Shown in pieces: positions 38,207 through 47,950 of a stretch of 64,000 nt of DNA. Source of the DNA: Herbinix sp. (GTDB lineage Bacteria > Bacillota > Clostridia > Lachnospirales > Lachnospiraceae); the NCBI GenBank assembly GCA_029238935.1, contig JAQZBN010000010.1:12342-76341 (forward strand), in the 5' to 3' direction. Position 1 is the first letter of the stretch, and each line of letters starts with the position of its first letter. The notes under the pieces are model-generated. The model made no database searches. It worked only from the letters and a program-made list of their open reading frames with translations, and was not told the origin of the DNA. The position numbers were made by a program, and so were the translations under genes.

Positions 38207-38902
38207 ATGAAAGCTGCGATCGTAACCGGAGCCTCCTCAGGAATCGGACAGGAAATCAGTAAAATTTTACTTCAAAATCATTATAAAGTTTATGGCTTCG
38301 GCCGCAATTTTTCATCAACAGATATTGTATCGGAATATTTCATTCCTATTAGCTGTGATATAACGGATACCAAGATGTTAGTGTCACGGATTGAGGATAT
38401 ATCGGATAACGATGAAGTGCATATGTTGATCAATAACGCCGGTACAGGATATTTTGGTCCCCATGAAGAATTGAATCCTAAGAAGATCCATGAAATGGTA
38501 GCAGCTAATTTAGAAGCACCGCTCATACTTACTCAGCTTTTATTACGAGATATTAAAAAGTATGCCGGTTGGATTATCAACATCTCCTCTGTTACTGCAA
38601 AAAAGACCAACACTCATGGATGTGCCTATGGTGCGACCAAAGCAGGTCTTAGCAGTTTTTCCTCTAGTCTTTTTGAAGAAGTCAGGAAATACGGAGTAAA
38701 AGTCATAACCATTCATCCGGATATGACAAAGTCGAATTTCTATCGTAATGCTAACTTTCATGAAGGAGATTCTGATGATACTTATCTTTATCCGGAGGAA
38801 ATTGCACATACTGTGGACATGATCATAAATAACAGGGATGGCCTTGTAATGACAGATATCACCATGCAACCTCAAAAGCATCAGATCAAAAAACAAAAAT
38901 AA
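38207..38902 (+). CDS. Short-chain dehydrogenase/reductase
   Basis: TGASSGIG, LINNAG, NISS and YGATK catalytic motif. Confidence 0.92.
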   Translation: MKAAIVTGASSGIGQEISKILLQNHYKVYGFGRNFSSTDIVSEYFIPISCDITDTKMLVSRIEDISDNDEVHMLINNAGTGYFGPHEELNPKKIHEMVAANLEAPLILTQLLLRDIKKYAGWIINISSVTAKKTNTHGCAYGATKAGLSSFSSSLFEEVRKYGVKVITIHPDMTKSNFYRNANFHEGDSDDTYLYPEEIAHTVDMIINNRDGLVMTDITMQPQKHQIKKQK

Positions 38903-38939
38903 AAATATATGACGAAATACAGAAAGGTCAGGGTATTCT

Positions 38940-39902
38940 ATGATTCACTTATTTGAAAACAATTTTGACTACAAAATAATAGCATTTTTCGGTATCATGT
39001 TTTCTTACATACTTACTTGCATGTTACTACGATTTACGTCGGATAAACTTCCAAAGGACGGTGGCAGGGATTTTGCCCACGATGGTAAGTTATCTGCCGG
39101 AAAGCCTAGAGGTGCCGGATTTATCTTCATTTTAGTTTTCACACTCTCCGCTATCATATTTTTACCGATTAGCACGGAAATCATAGTATACCTTATTTTA
39201 ACTGTTGCTGCCATGATAACCGGATTTTTGGATGATTGTGCGAAGTCACCTTGGGGAGAATATCGTAAAGGCTTTTTAGACTTAGTCATTTCTCTCATGA
39301 CAGCAATTGCTTACACAAATTTTAATTCCTCCAATATTACGATCCCTTTTATCAATTTATATGTTGAAATTCAACCGATCATATTTATTTTACTGGCAAC
39401 CATATTAATCTGGGCTTCCATTAATGTTACAAACTGTTCTGACGGGGTAGACGGTTTATGCGGCAGCTTATCCATTATCACATTATTAACGATTTATGGT
39501 TTAGGCAACTTTATAGATAATAGCCGTGACTTTAATTATATGATTCTAATTATGGTTTCTTGTATCTTAGGTTATCTCTGGTTCAATGCCACTCCAAGCC
39601 AGATGATTATGGGTGATGCCGGCTCCCGAGCACTCGGACTTTTTATAAGCATTGCTATTCTTAAAACAGGCAGCCCACTGCTCTACATTCCTGCCGCTTT
39701 TATGCTGATCCTTGACGGTGGACTTGGATTAGTTAAAGTTTCACTATTGCGATTCTTTAAGATTAGAATATTAACAAAGACAAGAACCCCCATTCATGAT
39801 CATGTAAGAAAAAATCTTGGGTGGTCCAATACCCAAACCATGTTGAAATTTTCTATTATACAGTTATTGATCTCATTTTCTTTATTATGGTTATATTCCT
39901 AG
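38940..39902 (+). CDS. MraY-like phospho-N-acetylmuramoyl-pentapeptide transferase (divergent, outside a dcw cluster)
   Basis: GFLDD, NVTNCSDGVDGL, MGDAGS and PIHDH motifs; about 10 TM helices. Confidence 0.8.
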   Translation: MIHLFENNFDYKIIAFFGIMFSYILTCMLLRFTSDKLPKDGGRDFAHDGKLSAGKPRGAGFIFILVFTLSAIIFLPISTEIIVYLILTVAAMITGFLDDCAKSPWGEYRKGFLDLVISLMTAIAYTNFNSSNITIPFINLYVEIQPIIFILLATILIWASINVTNCSDGVDGLCGSLSIITLLTIYGLGNFIDNSRDFNYMILIMVSCILGYLWFNATPSQMIMGDAGSRALGLFISIAILKTGSPLLYIPAAFMLILDGGLGLVKVSLLRFFKIRILTKTRTPIHDHVRKNLGWSNTQTMLKFSIIQLLISFSLLWLYS

Positions 39903-39936
39903 AATAACTTATCTTTCATGAATAAGATTGCAATCT

Positions 39937-39971
39937 AAAGGAGATAAACGGTTTCGTTCATCTCCTTTTTT
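39937..39971. terminator. Terminator closing the radical SAM-MraY operon
   Basis: AAAGGAGAT...ATCTCCTTTTTT. Confidence 0.75.
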
Positions 39972-39998
39972 ATGTGATGATTTCATTGGAGTCTAATA

Positions 39999-41051
39999 CT
40001 ATTTCTCCTTAATCAGCTTTTTCTGTTTTATGATACGGAAATGAACTACCAAATACATGATAAAACTTATGATTAAGGGTAAATAAAAATTAATTCCCCT
40101 GCTTAATAGCATGGCCGAAGGCAGTATGTCGGAAGGGTAAAAAATTCCGAACACAGACAAAAATCCCTTTTCAGCTACACCTACTGATCCCGGTAGCGGA
40201 ACAGCTGTAACTGAAATGTTCATTAAAACCTGACTTGTAATCAAATCCAAAGCATCATACTTATGATAACCGAGACTACGATACACCAAGTAAGAGACCG
40301 TACTGGTAGAAGCAAATTGTATGATAGAAACTCCTAGGGATTTAAAAAATAGTACAGGATGAAGTCTTATTATTTTAGATTTCTCATGATAAGAAATCAT
40401 TAACTGAGCAAACTTCTCCTCCAATTCCTCCTGTTTCTTAAGAAAGCGCATTTTTTTTATTAATATAAAACTTAATTTAATTACGATATGAACTATTTTT
40501 TCAGAAAACATGATGATCGTTAATATCAGAATGAGTCCTATTGTCACAATACTACCCAATATTAATAAGTATTTAAACTTATCTATAAAATGAATTGCAA
40601 TCGTCGGACGTAATAAGGATAAAATACCAGCCAATAATATCATTGTTATCTGATATACAAAAACTGCAAAGAATATCATAATTGAGGAATGAGCTACCGT
40701 AATCTTATCCTTATTCATATAATACATCTGGGCCGGTTGCGCACCACTGGCGGAAGGTGTAATCGAACCAAAATAAAATCCAATATATGCATACTCCAGT
40801 CCTCTTACCACAGTGCAAGGCTGTTCCAAGACTCTTAATATCATAGAATAATTGATTGCCTGACAAAAAAAGTACAGAAACATCATCCCAACTCCGGCAA
40901 GTAAATAAACCGGTTGAACCTCTCGAAATACACTGATTAACTCCGCTATGGTATATCCCTTTAAAAATGTATATATTGTTATACTCATTAAAAAAAGTAT
41001 TAAAAGTATGCTTCTTATTTGATTTTGTTTACTTATGACGTTCTTACCCAT
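39999..41051 (-). CDS. Lysylphosphatidylglycerol-synthase TM-domain (flippase-like) membrane protein
   Basis: GSITPSASGAQP and PLPGSVGVAE motifs; multi-TM. Confidence 0.8.
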   Translation of the reverse strand: MGKNVISKQNQIRSILLILFLMSITIYTFLKGYTIAELISVFREVQPVYLLAGVGMMFLYFFCQAINYSMILRVLEQPCTVVRGLEYAYIGFYFGSITPSASGAQPAQMYYMNKDKITVAHSSIMIFFAVFVYQITMILLAGILSLLRPTIAIHFIDKFKYLLILGSIVTIGLILILTIIMFSEKIVHIVIKLSFILIKKMRFLKKQEELEEKFAQLMISYHEKSKIIRLHPVLFFKSLGVSIIQFASTSTVSYLVYRSLGYHKYDALDLITSQVLMNISVTAVPLPGSVGVAEKGFLSVFGIFYPSDILPSAMLLSRGINFYLPLIISFIMYLVVHFRIIKQKKLIKEK

Positions 41052-41120
41052 ATTTTATCCTCTCGCATATAGTTAGCTTCCTCATCTATTATAACGACGA
41101 TTTCCTCCATTATACATAAT

Positions 41121-41183
41121 GGTGCCTGACCCTGTAAACAAATTATGACTTTCGTTCATAATTTGTTTACAGGGTCAGGCACC
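41121..41183. repeat. 63-bp REP-like palindrome, copy 1
   Basis: GGTGCCTGACCCTGTAAACAAATTATGA-CTTTCGT-TCATAATTTGTTTACAGGGTCAGGCACC; 28-bp perfect stem. Confidence 0.85.
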
Positions 41184-41191
41184 TTTTTATA

Positions 41192-43261
41192 TTATATATT
41201 AAACTTCGATACTTCATCCATTAGTTTACTAGCACTATCTTTTGTTTTCATTACCAAAGACTTCACATCGTTTGATTTACTATTAACATCACTCACTCGG
41301 TTTGCGATATCTGTCGTTCCGCTAGAACCTTCATCTGCTGCTTTCGCTACACCATCAATTGCGGATAACATGTTTTGTATTGAAACTTGCAGCTGCTCAG
41401 TTGTGTAATGAAACTCTGATACTAATTCATCTATATAAATTGCATCTTTGTTGTACTGCTCCGCCACTTCAAGTAATATCTTGTAGTCATTTACTACATC
41501 TTTGGAAACAAAGTTTAGTAAATCACTGGAACTGGAAGATAAATTGTCAACAGATCCTGTTACTTGCTCCGTAACCCCCTGAATTTGTATTGCGGTATGT
41601 TTTGACTGTTCAGCTAGTTTTCGTATCTGATCCGATACTACAGTAAAACCACGACCGGCTTCTCCTGCTCTCGCTGCTTCAATTGCTGCATTTAATGCTA
41701 ACAGATTCGTTTGTTCCGTTATCTGCATAATGGAATCTGTCAACAGGTTAATTCTAGTTACAACTTGTACTTCTTCAATTGCTTTATCTAATTTCAATTT
41801 TGTACGTTCTATAATTTCTAGCGCTTTCTTCTGTGATATATTTACATTCTTCTTCGTATCATCTGCTCGATGAATAATTTGATCCGCTGCAATTGCTCCT
41901 TCTTTGGATTTATTTGCAATCGTTTGTATTGCTGCTTCTATCGTCTGTGATGTTGCAGACATTTCCTCAGAGGATGCTGCTGTTTCTTCCATACCAGCAG
42001 CAAGTTCTTCTGTCGTAGCTGAAATTTCATCTAAATTATCATTTAACTGTATCACATTTTTCAAAACATTAGATACTCCTGTATCAATTACCGTTGACTC
42101 TTGTTTGATACTATCAATCAAATGTCGAAGCGATACCTTCATTTCTTTGATACCATTTGTTATTATTCCTACTTCATCCGTTCTTGCCAAAAGTTTTTGA
42201 TCTATTTCCATTGAGAAGTCCCCAGATGCAATTGATTTTAAATATTCTGAGGATTGAATAATCGGTGTTGTTATCTTTTTAGAAATTAATGTAATTAAAA
42301 CAACTGTTAATGCAAGCATTATTAAAGATACAATGATTAAGACCGTTGATATATTTCGAGCACTTTCGTTTAATTCATTTAATGTCATTAAAGATGCAAG
42401 AATCCAATCAGTACCTGCTACCTGATAAGGTATTACCACATAAGCTTGACCATCAATTTTTACGTCAAATGGCTTTAAATCCTCTGATAAAAGCTTTTCG
42501 AAACCTTCAATATTAAGTTCGTTGATCTCTTTAAAATTGTTATCCGGATTATTACCGTCTGCTAAAATAATGCCAGTATTATGTATAATCATAGAATACC
42601 CAGTATCTCCAGTTTTCATATCACTCAACATATCACTAATTACGGTTTGCAAAACATCTATTCCTATCACACCTGCAACCTCACCGTTTGCATCGTTATA
42701 AGATCTAACGTTACTTATAATCATTTGTTTACTTAGTAAATCATAATAAGGAGCGGTACGCATTATTTTCCCATCTCCGTTCATTCCATCCTGATACCAT
42801 CCTTTTTCTGGAGGATTATAATTAGCCGGAAGTTTTGTTTCAGGCCACTGAAGATATGAACCGGATTTAGTCGCCATATAAACATACATTGTTCCAGGAT
42901 GAGTATCTGCATAATGAAGAAACATCTCATATATTTGCTGTTCCACACCACCATTTTTTGAAGGAGTCATCTGGGTCTCTTCATTGCTTTTCACATAAGA
43001 TGTAATTTGAGATCCATCTAAATTAACTAACTGAGGATTCGTTGCCATCATATTAATATTTTTATCAATCTGATCATAAAAACTATTAATGGCTTTTTCT
43101 ACAATTTTCATCTGTTCATAGGAATTATCAACATAATCTGTTCTAGCTTGCTGAATAGCCTGTCTACTAATAATTAAACCAACAACTACAAGTGTACTAA
43201 CAATAAGCAAAACTGTAATCAGCATAAATTGTGTCCGTATACTCTTTTTTCTTTTCCTCAT
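41192..43261 (-). CDS. Methyl-accepting chemotaxis protein (dCache, HAMP and MA domains)
   Basis: Two TM segments around a Cache-like domain (WY...TAPYYD), HAMP (RTDEVG) and hairpin tip [23 protein letters not shown]. Confidence 0.95.
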   Translation of the reverse strand: MRKRKKSIRTQFMLITVLLIVSTLVVVGLIISRQAIQQARTDYVDNSYEQMKIVEKAINSFYDQIDKNINMMATNPQLVNLDGSQITSYVKSNEETQMTPSKNGGVEQQIYEMFLHYADTHPGTMYVYMATKSGSYLQWPETKLPANYNPPEKGWYQDGMNGDGKIMRTAPYYDLLSKQMIISNVRSYNDANGEVAGVIGIDVLQTVISDMLSDMKTGDTGYSMIIHNTGIILADGNNPDNNFKEINELNIEGFEKLLSEDLKPFDVKIDGQAYVVIPYQVAGTDWILASLMTLNELNESARNISTVLIIVSLIMLALTVVLITLISKKITTPIIQSSEYLKSIASGDFSMEIDQKLLARTDEVGIITNGIKEMKVSLRHLIDSIKQESTVIDTGVSNVLKNVIQLNDNLDEISATTEELAAGMEETAASSEEMSATSQTIEAAIQTIANKSKEGAIAADQIIHRADDTKKNVNISQKKALEIIERTKLKLDKAIEEVQVVTRINLLTDSIMQITEQTNLLALNAAIEAARAGEAGRGFTVVSDQIRKLAEQSKHTAIQIQGVTEQVTGSVDNLSSSSSDLLNFVSKDVVNDYKILLEVAEQYNKDAIYIDELVSEFHYTTEQLQVSIQNMLSAIDGVAKAADEGSSGTTDIANRVSDVNSKSNDVKSLVMKTKDSASKLMDEVSKFNI

Positions 43262-43357
43262 AGATTTATTCTCCTTATCATATTTTTACATTATACTACT
43301 AAATATAACATAAAATATCATCATATTCCATGTCAATAATATGGGAAAATACATAAT

Positions 43358-43441
43358 AGTGCCTGACCCCATGAACAAATAATGAACGAAGTTCATAATT
43401 TGTTCATGGGGTCAGGCACCGGTATTAAGGCACCGGTATTA
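43358..43441. repeat. 63-bp REP-like palindrome, copy 2, plus a 14-bp tandem duplication of its right end
   Basis: AGTGCCTGACCCCATGAACAAATAATGAACGAAGTTCATAATTTGTTCATGGGGTCAGGCACC (43358-43420); AGGCACCGGTATTA occurs twice (43414-43441). Confidence 0.85.
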
Positions 43442-45286
43442 CAGTTCTCTCAGTAAATCAGCATACCAATTCATTACGTTCTGTATCCGGTAAAGCTCGG
43501 ATTCCTTGCTAACCGTTCTCCAGATTTCTTTATAGGAATAAAACCAATTCTCTAATTGAACTGCGAGTATCGTGGGTTCCATGGCAGAATCGTTATTAAT
43601 CGAATATTTTCTCTGGCTTATGGTTGCTCCAATGGAGTTAAATAGCATCATACCATCAGCTGCAACGATATATGGTTTTACCACATATCTCATCTTCCCA
43701 TCCAGATGTATAATTCCTTCATACACTCTTTGAATCCCGTTCCGTAAGTTCTCATTCGCAACAGAAGATCTAGATAAATCAAGACCAGTAAAATACTTTC
43801 TCATCTCATCCTCTGATTTACCTTTTACACTCATCTCCATAAAGCGTACGGTATGGAACCATTCGAAAACACTGTTAGTAGCTAATGCAGCTACATGCTC
43901 TAACCACTGCTCTGTTTTATCTCCATATTCCAATCTTGATATCTGACGGTTGATATCTTCAAAACCAATCAATTCTTTATTCCATGAAAATGCCGCACCG
44001 TAAATCATTCCAGCAGTCGAAAACTCCGGATGATTAATATGGCCATAATCACCCCAATCGGTATTCAAAACGCCCAGTGCTTGATACTGATGCGCATAGG
44101 TACACATACGGGTTATATTTTCATACGAATTTCTAATCATATTAATGTACTGATTCCAACCGCCTACGCCAGGACATAAATACTGGGTTGCGCCAGCCTG
44201 ATGAAGAAGCTTTGTTGATTCCTCTGATTGATAAGCAGCATAGCCCCAATTGAGACAGATTGTTTCTTTCGGCAACTGCTGTATTGCCTCAGGGAAACCA
44301 CATACCACATCGCCCCAGAACATTGGACGCTTACCCTTTTGGATTAAATGTTCACACAACTCTTTTACAAAATCGATATAAATAGTTTTGATACCTTGTG
44401 AATCCGCTAATACTTTAGCCTTTCCTTTTCCAAGATCGAAGGTCTCATCTGCACAAATATTAAAATGCTTGGAATGAAATAACGGCAAATACTCGTCGAT
44501 CATCTTTTTGATCAATATAAGGCTTTGATCATTGGAAACATCAATGGTGTGATGTGCCATACGATCATCAAAGGAAAATGGTTGTTTTTCTGAATCCTCC
44601 ATTTCGCAAAGCTGAGAAAAAGACTTAGTACTTAATAATTTATACAAGTGGCCAAAACTAGCCATCGATGGTACTAATTCGATATGAAGGCTCTTGCAAT
44701 ACGCATCAAACTCCAGAATTTCATCTGCAGTTAACGGCGTATCATCCCTCCACATTTCGCTAAGTTCCTGAAACAAATAGCTATGTTCTACATATAATTG
44801 TAGCTGATTGATCTTATAAAAGCTTAATTTATCCGCAAAAGCCTTAAGATATGCAAGAGTAGGTACTCTTCCCCTGGTGACATCAAAGTAATACCCTCTG
44901 TTTTTCATTTCCGGATAATCCTTTATAACAACATACGGTAAAACTGCTCCTGACTGGGTGATGATTTGTCTTAAGGTCTGAATTCCGTATAGAATTGCAG
45001 CTTCATCTCCACCAGTAATTACAATTCCCTCTGTAGTAATTACAAGCGAATATTCTTCGTCTCTTAAAGTCTTATCTAACTTGAGATAAATACCACGCTT
45101 TTGTCTTGCACCTTTTGCAATTGATATTGCAAAGCCTAATTGTTCCTGTATCTCTTGTTTTAAAATAGATGCAAAATGATAAACCTCACCTGTACAATCC
45201 TGATCAATCACAATTCGATCCTGATATGTCAAGGTAATATTACCATCCTTCCATTCCACTTGTTGCGGACTTGGTAATAAATACAT
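43439..45286 (-). CDS. GH20 family beta-N-acetylhexosaminidase
   Basis: GH20b N-terminal domain (YGIQTLRQ...IKDYP..RG..FDV), GH motif and catalytic pair NICADE. Confidence 0.88.
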   Translation of the reverse strand: MYLLPSPQQVEWKDGNITLTYQDRIVIDQDCTGEVYHFASILKQEIQEQLGFAISIAKGARQKRGIYLKLDKTLRDEEYSLVITTEGIVITGGDEAAILYGIQTLRQIITQSGAVLPYVVIKDYPEMKNRGYYFDVTRGRVPTLAYLKAFADKLSFYKINQLQLYVEHSYLFQELSEMWRDDTPLTADEILEFDAYCKSLHIELVPSMASFGHLYKLLSTKSFSQLCEMEDSEKQPFSFDDRMAHHTIDVSNDQSLILIKKMIDEYLPLFHSKHFNICADETFDLGKGKAKVLADSQGIKTIYIDFVKELCEHLIQKGKRPMFWGDVVCGFPEAIQQLPKETICLNWGYAAYQSEESTKLLHQAGATQYLCPGVGGWNQYINMIRNSYENITRMCTYAHQYQALGVLNTDWGDYGHINHPEFSTAGMIYGAAFSWNKELIGFEDINRQISRLEYGDKTEQWLEHVAALATNSVFEWFHTVRFMEMSVKGKSEDEMRKYFTGLDLSRSSVANENLRNGIQRVYEGIIHLDGKMRYVVKPYIVAADGMMLFNSIGATISQRKYSINNDSAMEPTILAVQLENWFYSYKEIWRTVSKESELYRIQNVMNWYADLLREL

Positions 45287-45310
45287 AAGCTACCCCTCTT
45301 TTCATAAGTA

Positions 45311-47593
45311 TTAGTTTACAGAAAATGAACCTTTCCAAATATCTTTTCCGCAATCGCTTAATATCACTTCAAATTCTCCAGGTTCAACAACAAAATGCAT
45401 CTCATCGTTCCAAAGAGACAATTTTTCTTTATTTAACGTAAGTGTTACAGGTACCGTCTCTCCTTTTGGTACCCATACCTTATCAAACGCTTTTAATTCC
45501 CTAATCCTTCGTATCGTACTAGCTTGTAGATCCCTTATATATAATTGCGGAACTGCATAGGAATCTTTTTTACCGGTGTTCGTAATATCAAAGTTTAGCT
45601 TTACTTCATCGCATTCTAATTCGAATAATGAGATATTGATGCGATTAAAACCTATCTTATTATATTGAAAATCCGTATAACTTAATCCATATCCGAAAGG
45701 ATATAGCGGTTGCTTCATAGTATCATAATAATTCATCGCTGTATAGGAGGATTTATAATTATAGTACACAGGAAGTTGACCAACATGCCTTGGTATAGAA
45801 ACCGGCAGTCGACCGGAAGGACTGAGATTCCCAAATAAAATATCTGCGATTGCCTGACCACCCTTCATACCGGGGTAAAAAGAACATAGCAACGCATTGG
45901 ACTGCTCTGCGATACTATTTATTGCATAAGGTCTTCCTTGAATAAGGATGGTTATTACGTTATTATTTGTACAAAAAATTGCCTGAGCAAGGGTATTCTG
46001 AATCTCAGGAAGCTCAAGAGTGGAACAATCTACACCTTCTCCACAGTCCATGGATACAATACCATCTGTGATTGCTGCTCCGTTAATATCAAATTCAACT
46101 TTTCCAAACCTGCTGGAGGAACCACCAAGTACCAGTATTGTCAGATCGCAGGAATTTGACAGTTCGATCGCTTCTCGGATACCTTCCTTGGTGCCACGAA
46201 ATGTATCGCATCCCTTACTATATTTAATATCGATGTCCGTTTCATTTTTATTCAAATAATCTAAAATACCTTTTAAAACTGTGCTTCCGTCTTCACCTCG
46301 TACCGGTGGAGTATAGTCTCCTAACTGGTTATAGATTTCGTCAGCATTAGGACCAATAATGGCAATGGATCGAACCGTTTTCGTATTAATCGGAAGGATA
46401 TGATCCTCATTCTTTAACAAGACAATCGACTCTCTGGCAAGTTGAAGAGCTTCCGGATAATTATCATAATGATACTTCGTAAAAGTATCCTTTTCTTCCA
46501 AGTAAGGATGATCGAACAATCCTCTCTCAAACTTTAATGTAAGAACTCTAAGTACAGCTTGATCTATTTCCTCTTCCGTGACAAGTCCCCGTTCCACAGC
46601 TTCCTCAAGTCTTGTAAAACCGGTATCCCAAAGACTTATATCAACACCAGCTTTCAGAGCCATTGCTCCGGATAGTACTCGGTCTCCGGTTAAGACATCC
46701 AATTGATCAATTGCAACTCCATCTGACATAACCACACCGTCAAATCCCAGCTCATCTCTGAGTATACCTTTGAGCAATTTCTTATTTCCATGACAGGGTA
46801 CTCCATCAATTTCATTATAAGCTGCCATAATACCCTGCACCCCTGCTTCTGCACAGGCTTTAGCCGCCGGAAGATGAATTTCCCTAAGCTCTCTCTCCCC
46901 AATTCTGGCTGCACTGGCATTGACACCTCCAGTGCCTTCTCCTTGGGCACAAAAATGTTTCGCTACCATAGCGACACCCTTCTTCTGAAGACCATTTACA
47001 GCAGCTTTTGCAAATTCGGAAGCAAGATAAGGATCTTCTCCAAAGCATTCTTCACTTCGTCCCCAACGAGGATCCCTGAGAATATCTAGGGTGGATACCA
47101 AACCAAAATCAACTCCCATGGCCTTTAATTGCTCACCACATACCTCATATGCTTTCTCAAGCAATTCCGGATGAAATGTTGCACCGGAACAAAGGTTTAC
47201 TGGCAAAAGATAACCATCCAAGGCTTGATGTCCATGAGGACACTCCGTACTCAACAGCATCGGTATTCCAAGTCTGGAATGTTCTATCACATATTTCTGA
47301 ACTTGATTATACGCTTTGATTGCTAATATCCCGGTTAAACCAGTTTTAAAGTTCTTTCCTGACCAGGGATCTGCACGGTATAATCCATATAAGGTTCCTA
47401 ACCCGCTATACTTTTCTACTTCTTGTTTAAATTCATCGGTTAGGATTATTTTATCCCCATGACGCTCGTAAATGGAAAAGCCATAGAGTCGCTGGTTTAA
47501 TTGACCTACCTTTTCCTTTAGCGTCATAAATGATAACAAATTCTCTGCTCGTTCCCGAGCAGAGATGGAAGGGTTCCTATATAATTGAGGCAT
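45311..47593 (-). CDS. GH3 family beta-glycosidase
   Basis: DPRWGRSEE.FGEDP, AKHF, VMSD nucleophile and C-terminal Fn3-like domain. Confidence 0.92.
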   Translation of the reverse strand: MPQLYRNPSISARERAENLLSFMTLKEKVGQLNQRLYGFSIYERHGDKIILTDEFKQEVEKYSGLGTLYGLYRADPWSGKNFKTGLTGILAIKAYNQVQKYVIEHSRLGIPMLLSTECPHGHQALDGYLLPVNLCSGATFHPELLEKAYEVCGEQLKAMGVDFGLVSTLDILRDPRWGRSEECFGEDPYLASEFAKAAVNGLQKKGVAMVAKHFCAQGEGTGGVNASAARIGERELREIHLPAAKACAEAGVQGIMAAYNEIDGVPCHGNKKLLKGILRDELGFDGVVMSDGVAIDQLDVLTGDRVLSGAMALKAGVDISLWDTGFTRLEEAVERGLVTEEEIDQAVLRVLTLKFERGLFDHPYLEEKDTFTKYHYDNYPEALQLARESIVLLKNEDHILPINTKTVRSIAIIGPNADEIYNQLGDYTPPVRGEDGSTVLKGILDYLNKNETDIDIKYSKGCDTFRGTKEGIREAIELSNSCDLTILVLGGSSSRFGKVEFDINGAAITDGIVSMDCGEGVDCSTLELPEIQNTLAQAIFCTNNNVITILIQGRPYAINSIAEQSNALLCSFYPGMKGGQAIADILFGNLSPSGRLPVSIPRHVGQLPVYYNYKSSYTAMNYYDTMKQPLYPFGYGLSYTDFQYNKIGFNRINISLFELECDEVKLNFDITNTGKKDSYAVPQLYIRDLQASTIRRIRELKAFDKVWVPKGETVPVTLTLNKEKLSLWNDEMHFVVEPGEFEVILSDCGKDIWKGSFSVN

Positions 47594-47631
47594 AGATTTC
47601 CTCCATATATCATATTATTTGTAATTTTATA

Positions 47632-47667
47632 TAACAAAATGAATTGGCATGCCAATTCATTTTGTTA
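47632..47667. repeat. Perfect 36-bp palindrome upstream of the GH3 gene
   Basis: TAACAAAATGAATTGGCA|TGCCAATTCATTTTGTTA with no spacer. Confidence 0.8.
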
Positions 47668-47950
47668 CTTCTTATATTATCTTACTTTTTATCCATAAGA
47701 TTATGGTTTCATATCCTAACTTTTATTTTATGAAGTAAATTTTCGTTTGTTTATCTTGATACCAAGCTCTTACAAGAAATGGATCATTAATCTTAGCTAG
47801 CATTCCTATGTCATAAGCCAATCACTTGTAATTCATCCTTTATCACTAATCCTGTACCATCCTATCCATTATAAGTGATTAACTTCATACCATTGAAATA
47901 ATAACACACTCTTAATCATCCGATATCTAAAGAAATCCAATCGAACTTAA

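Noticed and set aside
41121-43420. Palindromic repeats considered as a CRISPR array or IS/MITE terminal inverted repeats
   Set aside because: There are only two copies 2.2 kb apart, with no spacer array, cas gene or transposase in the window. Kept as REP-like repeats.
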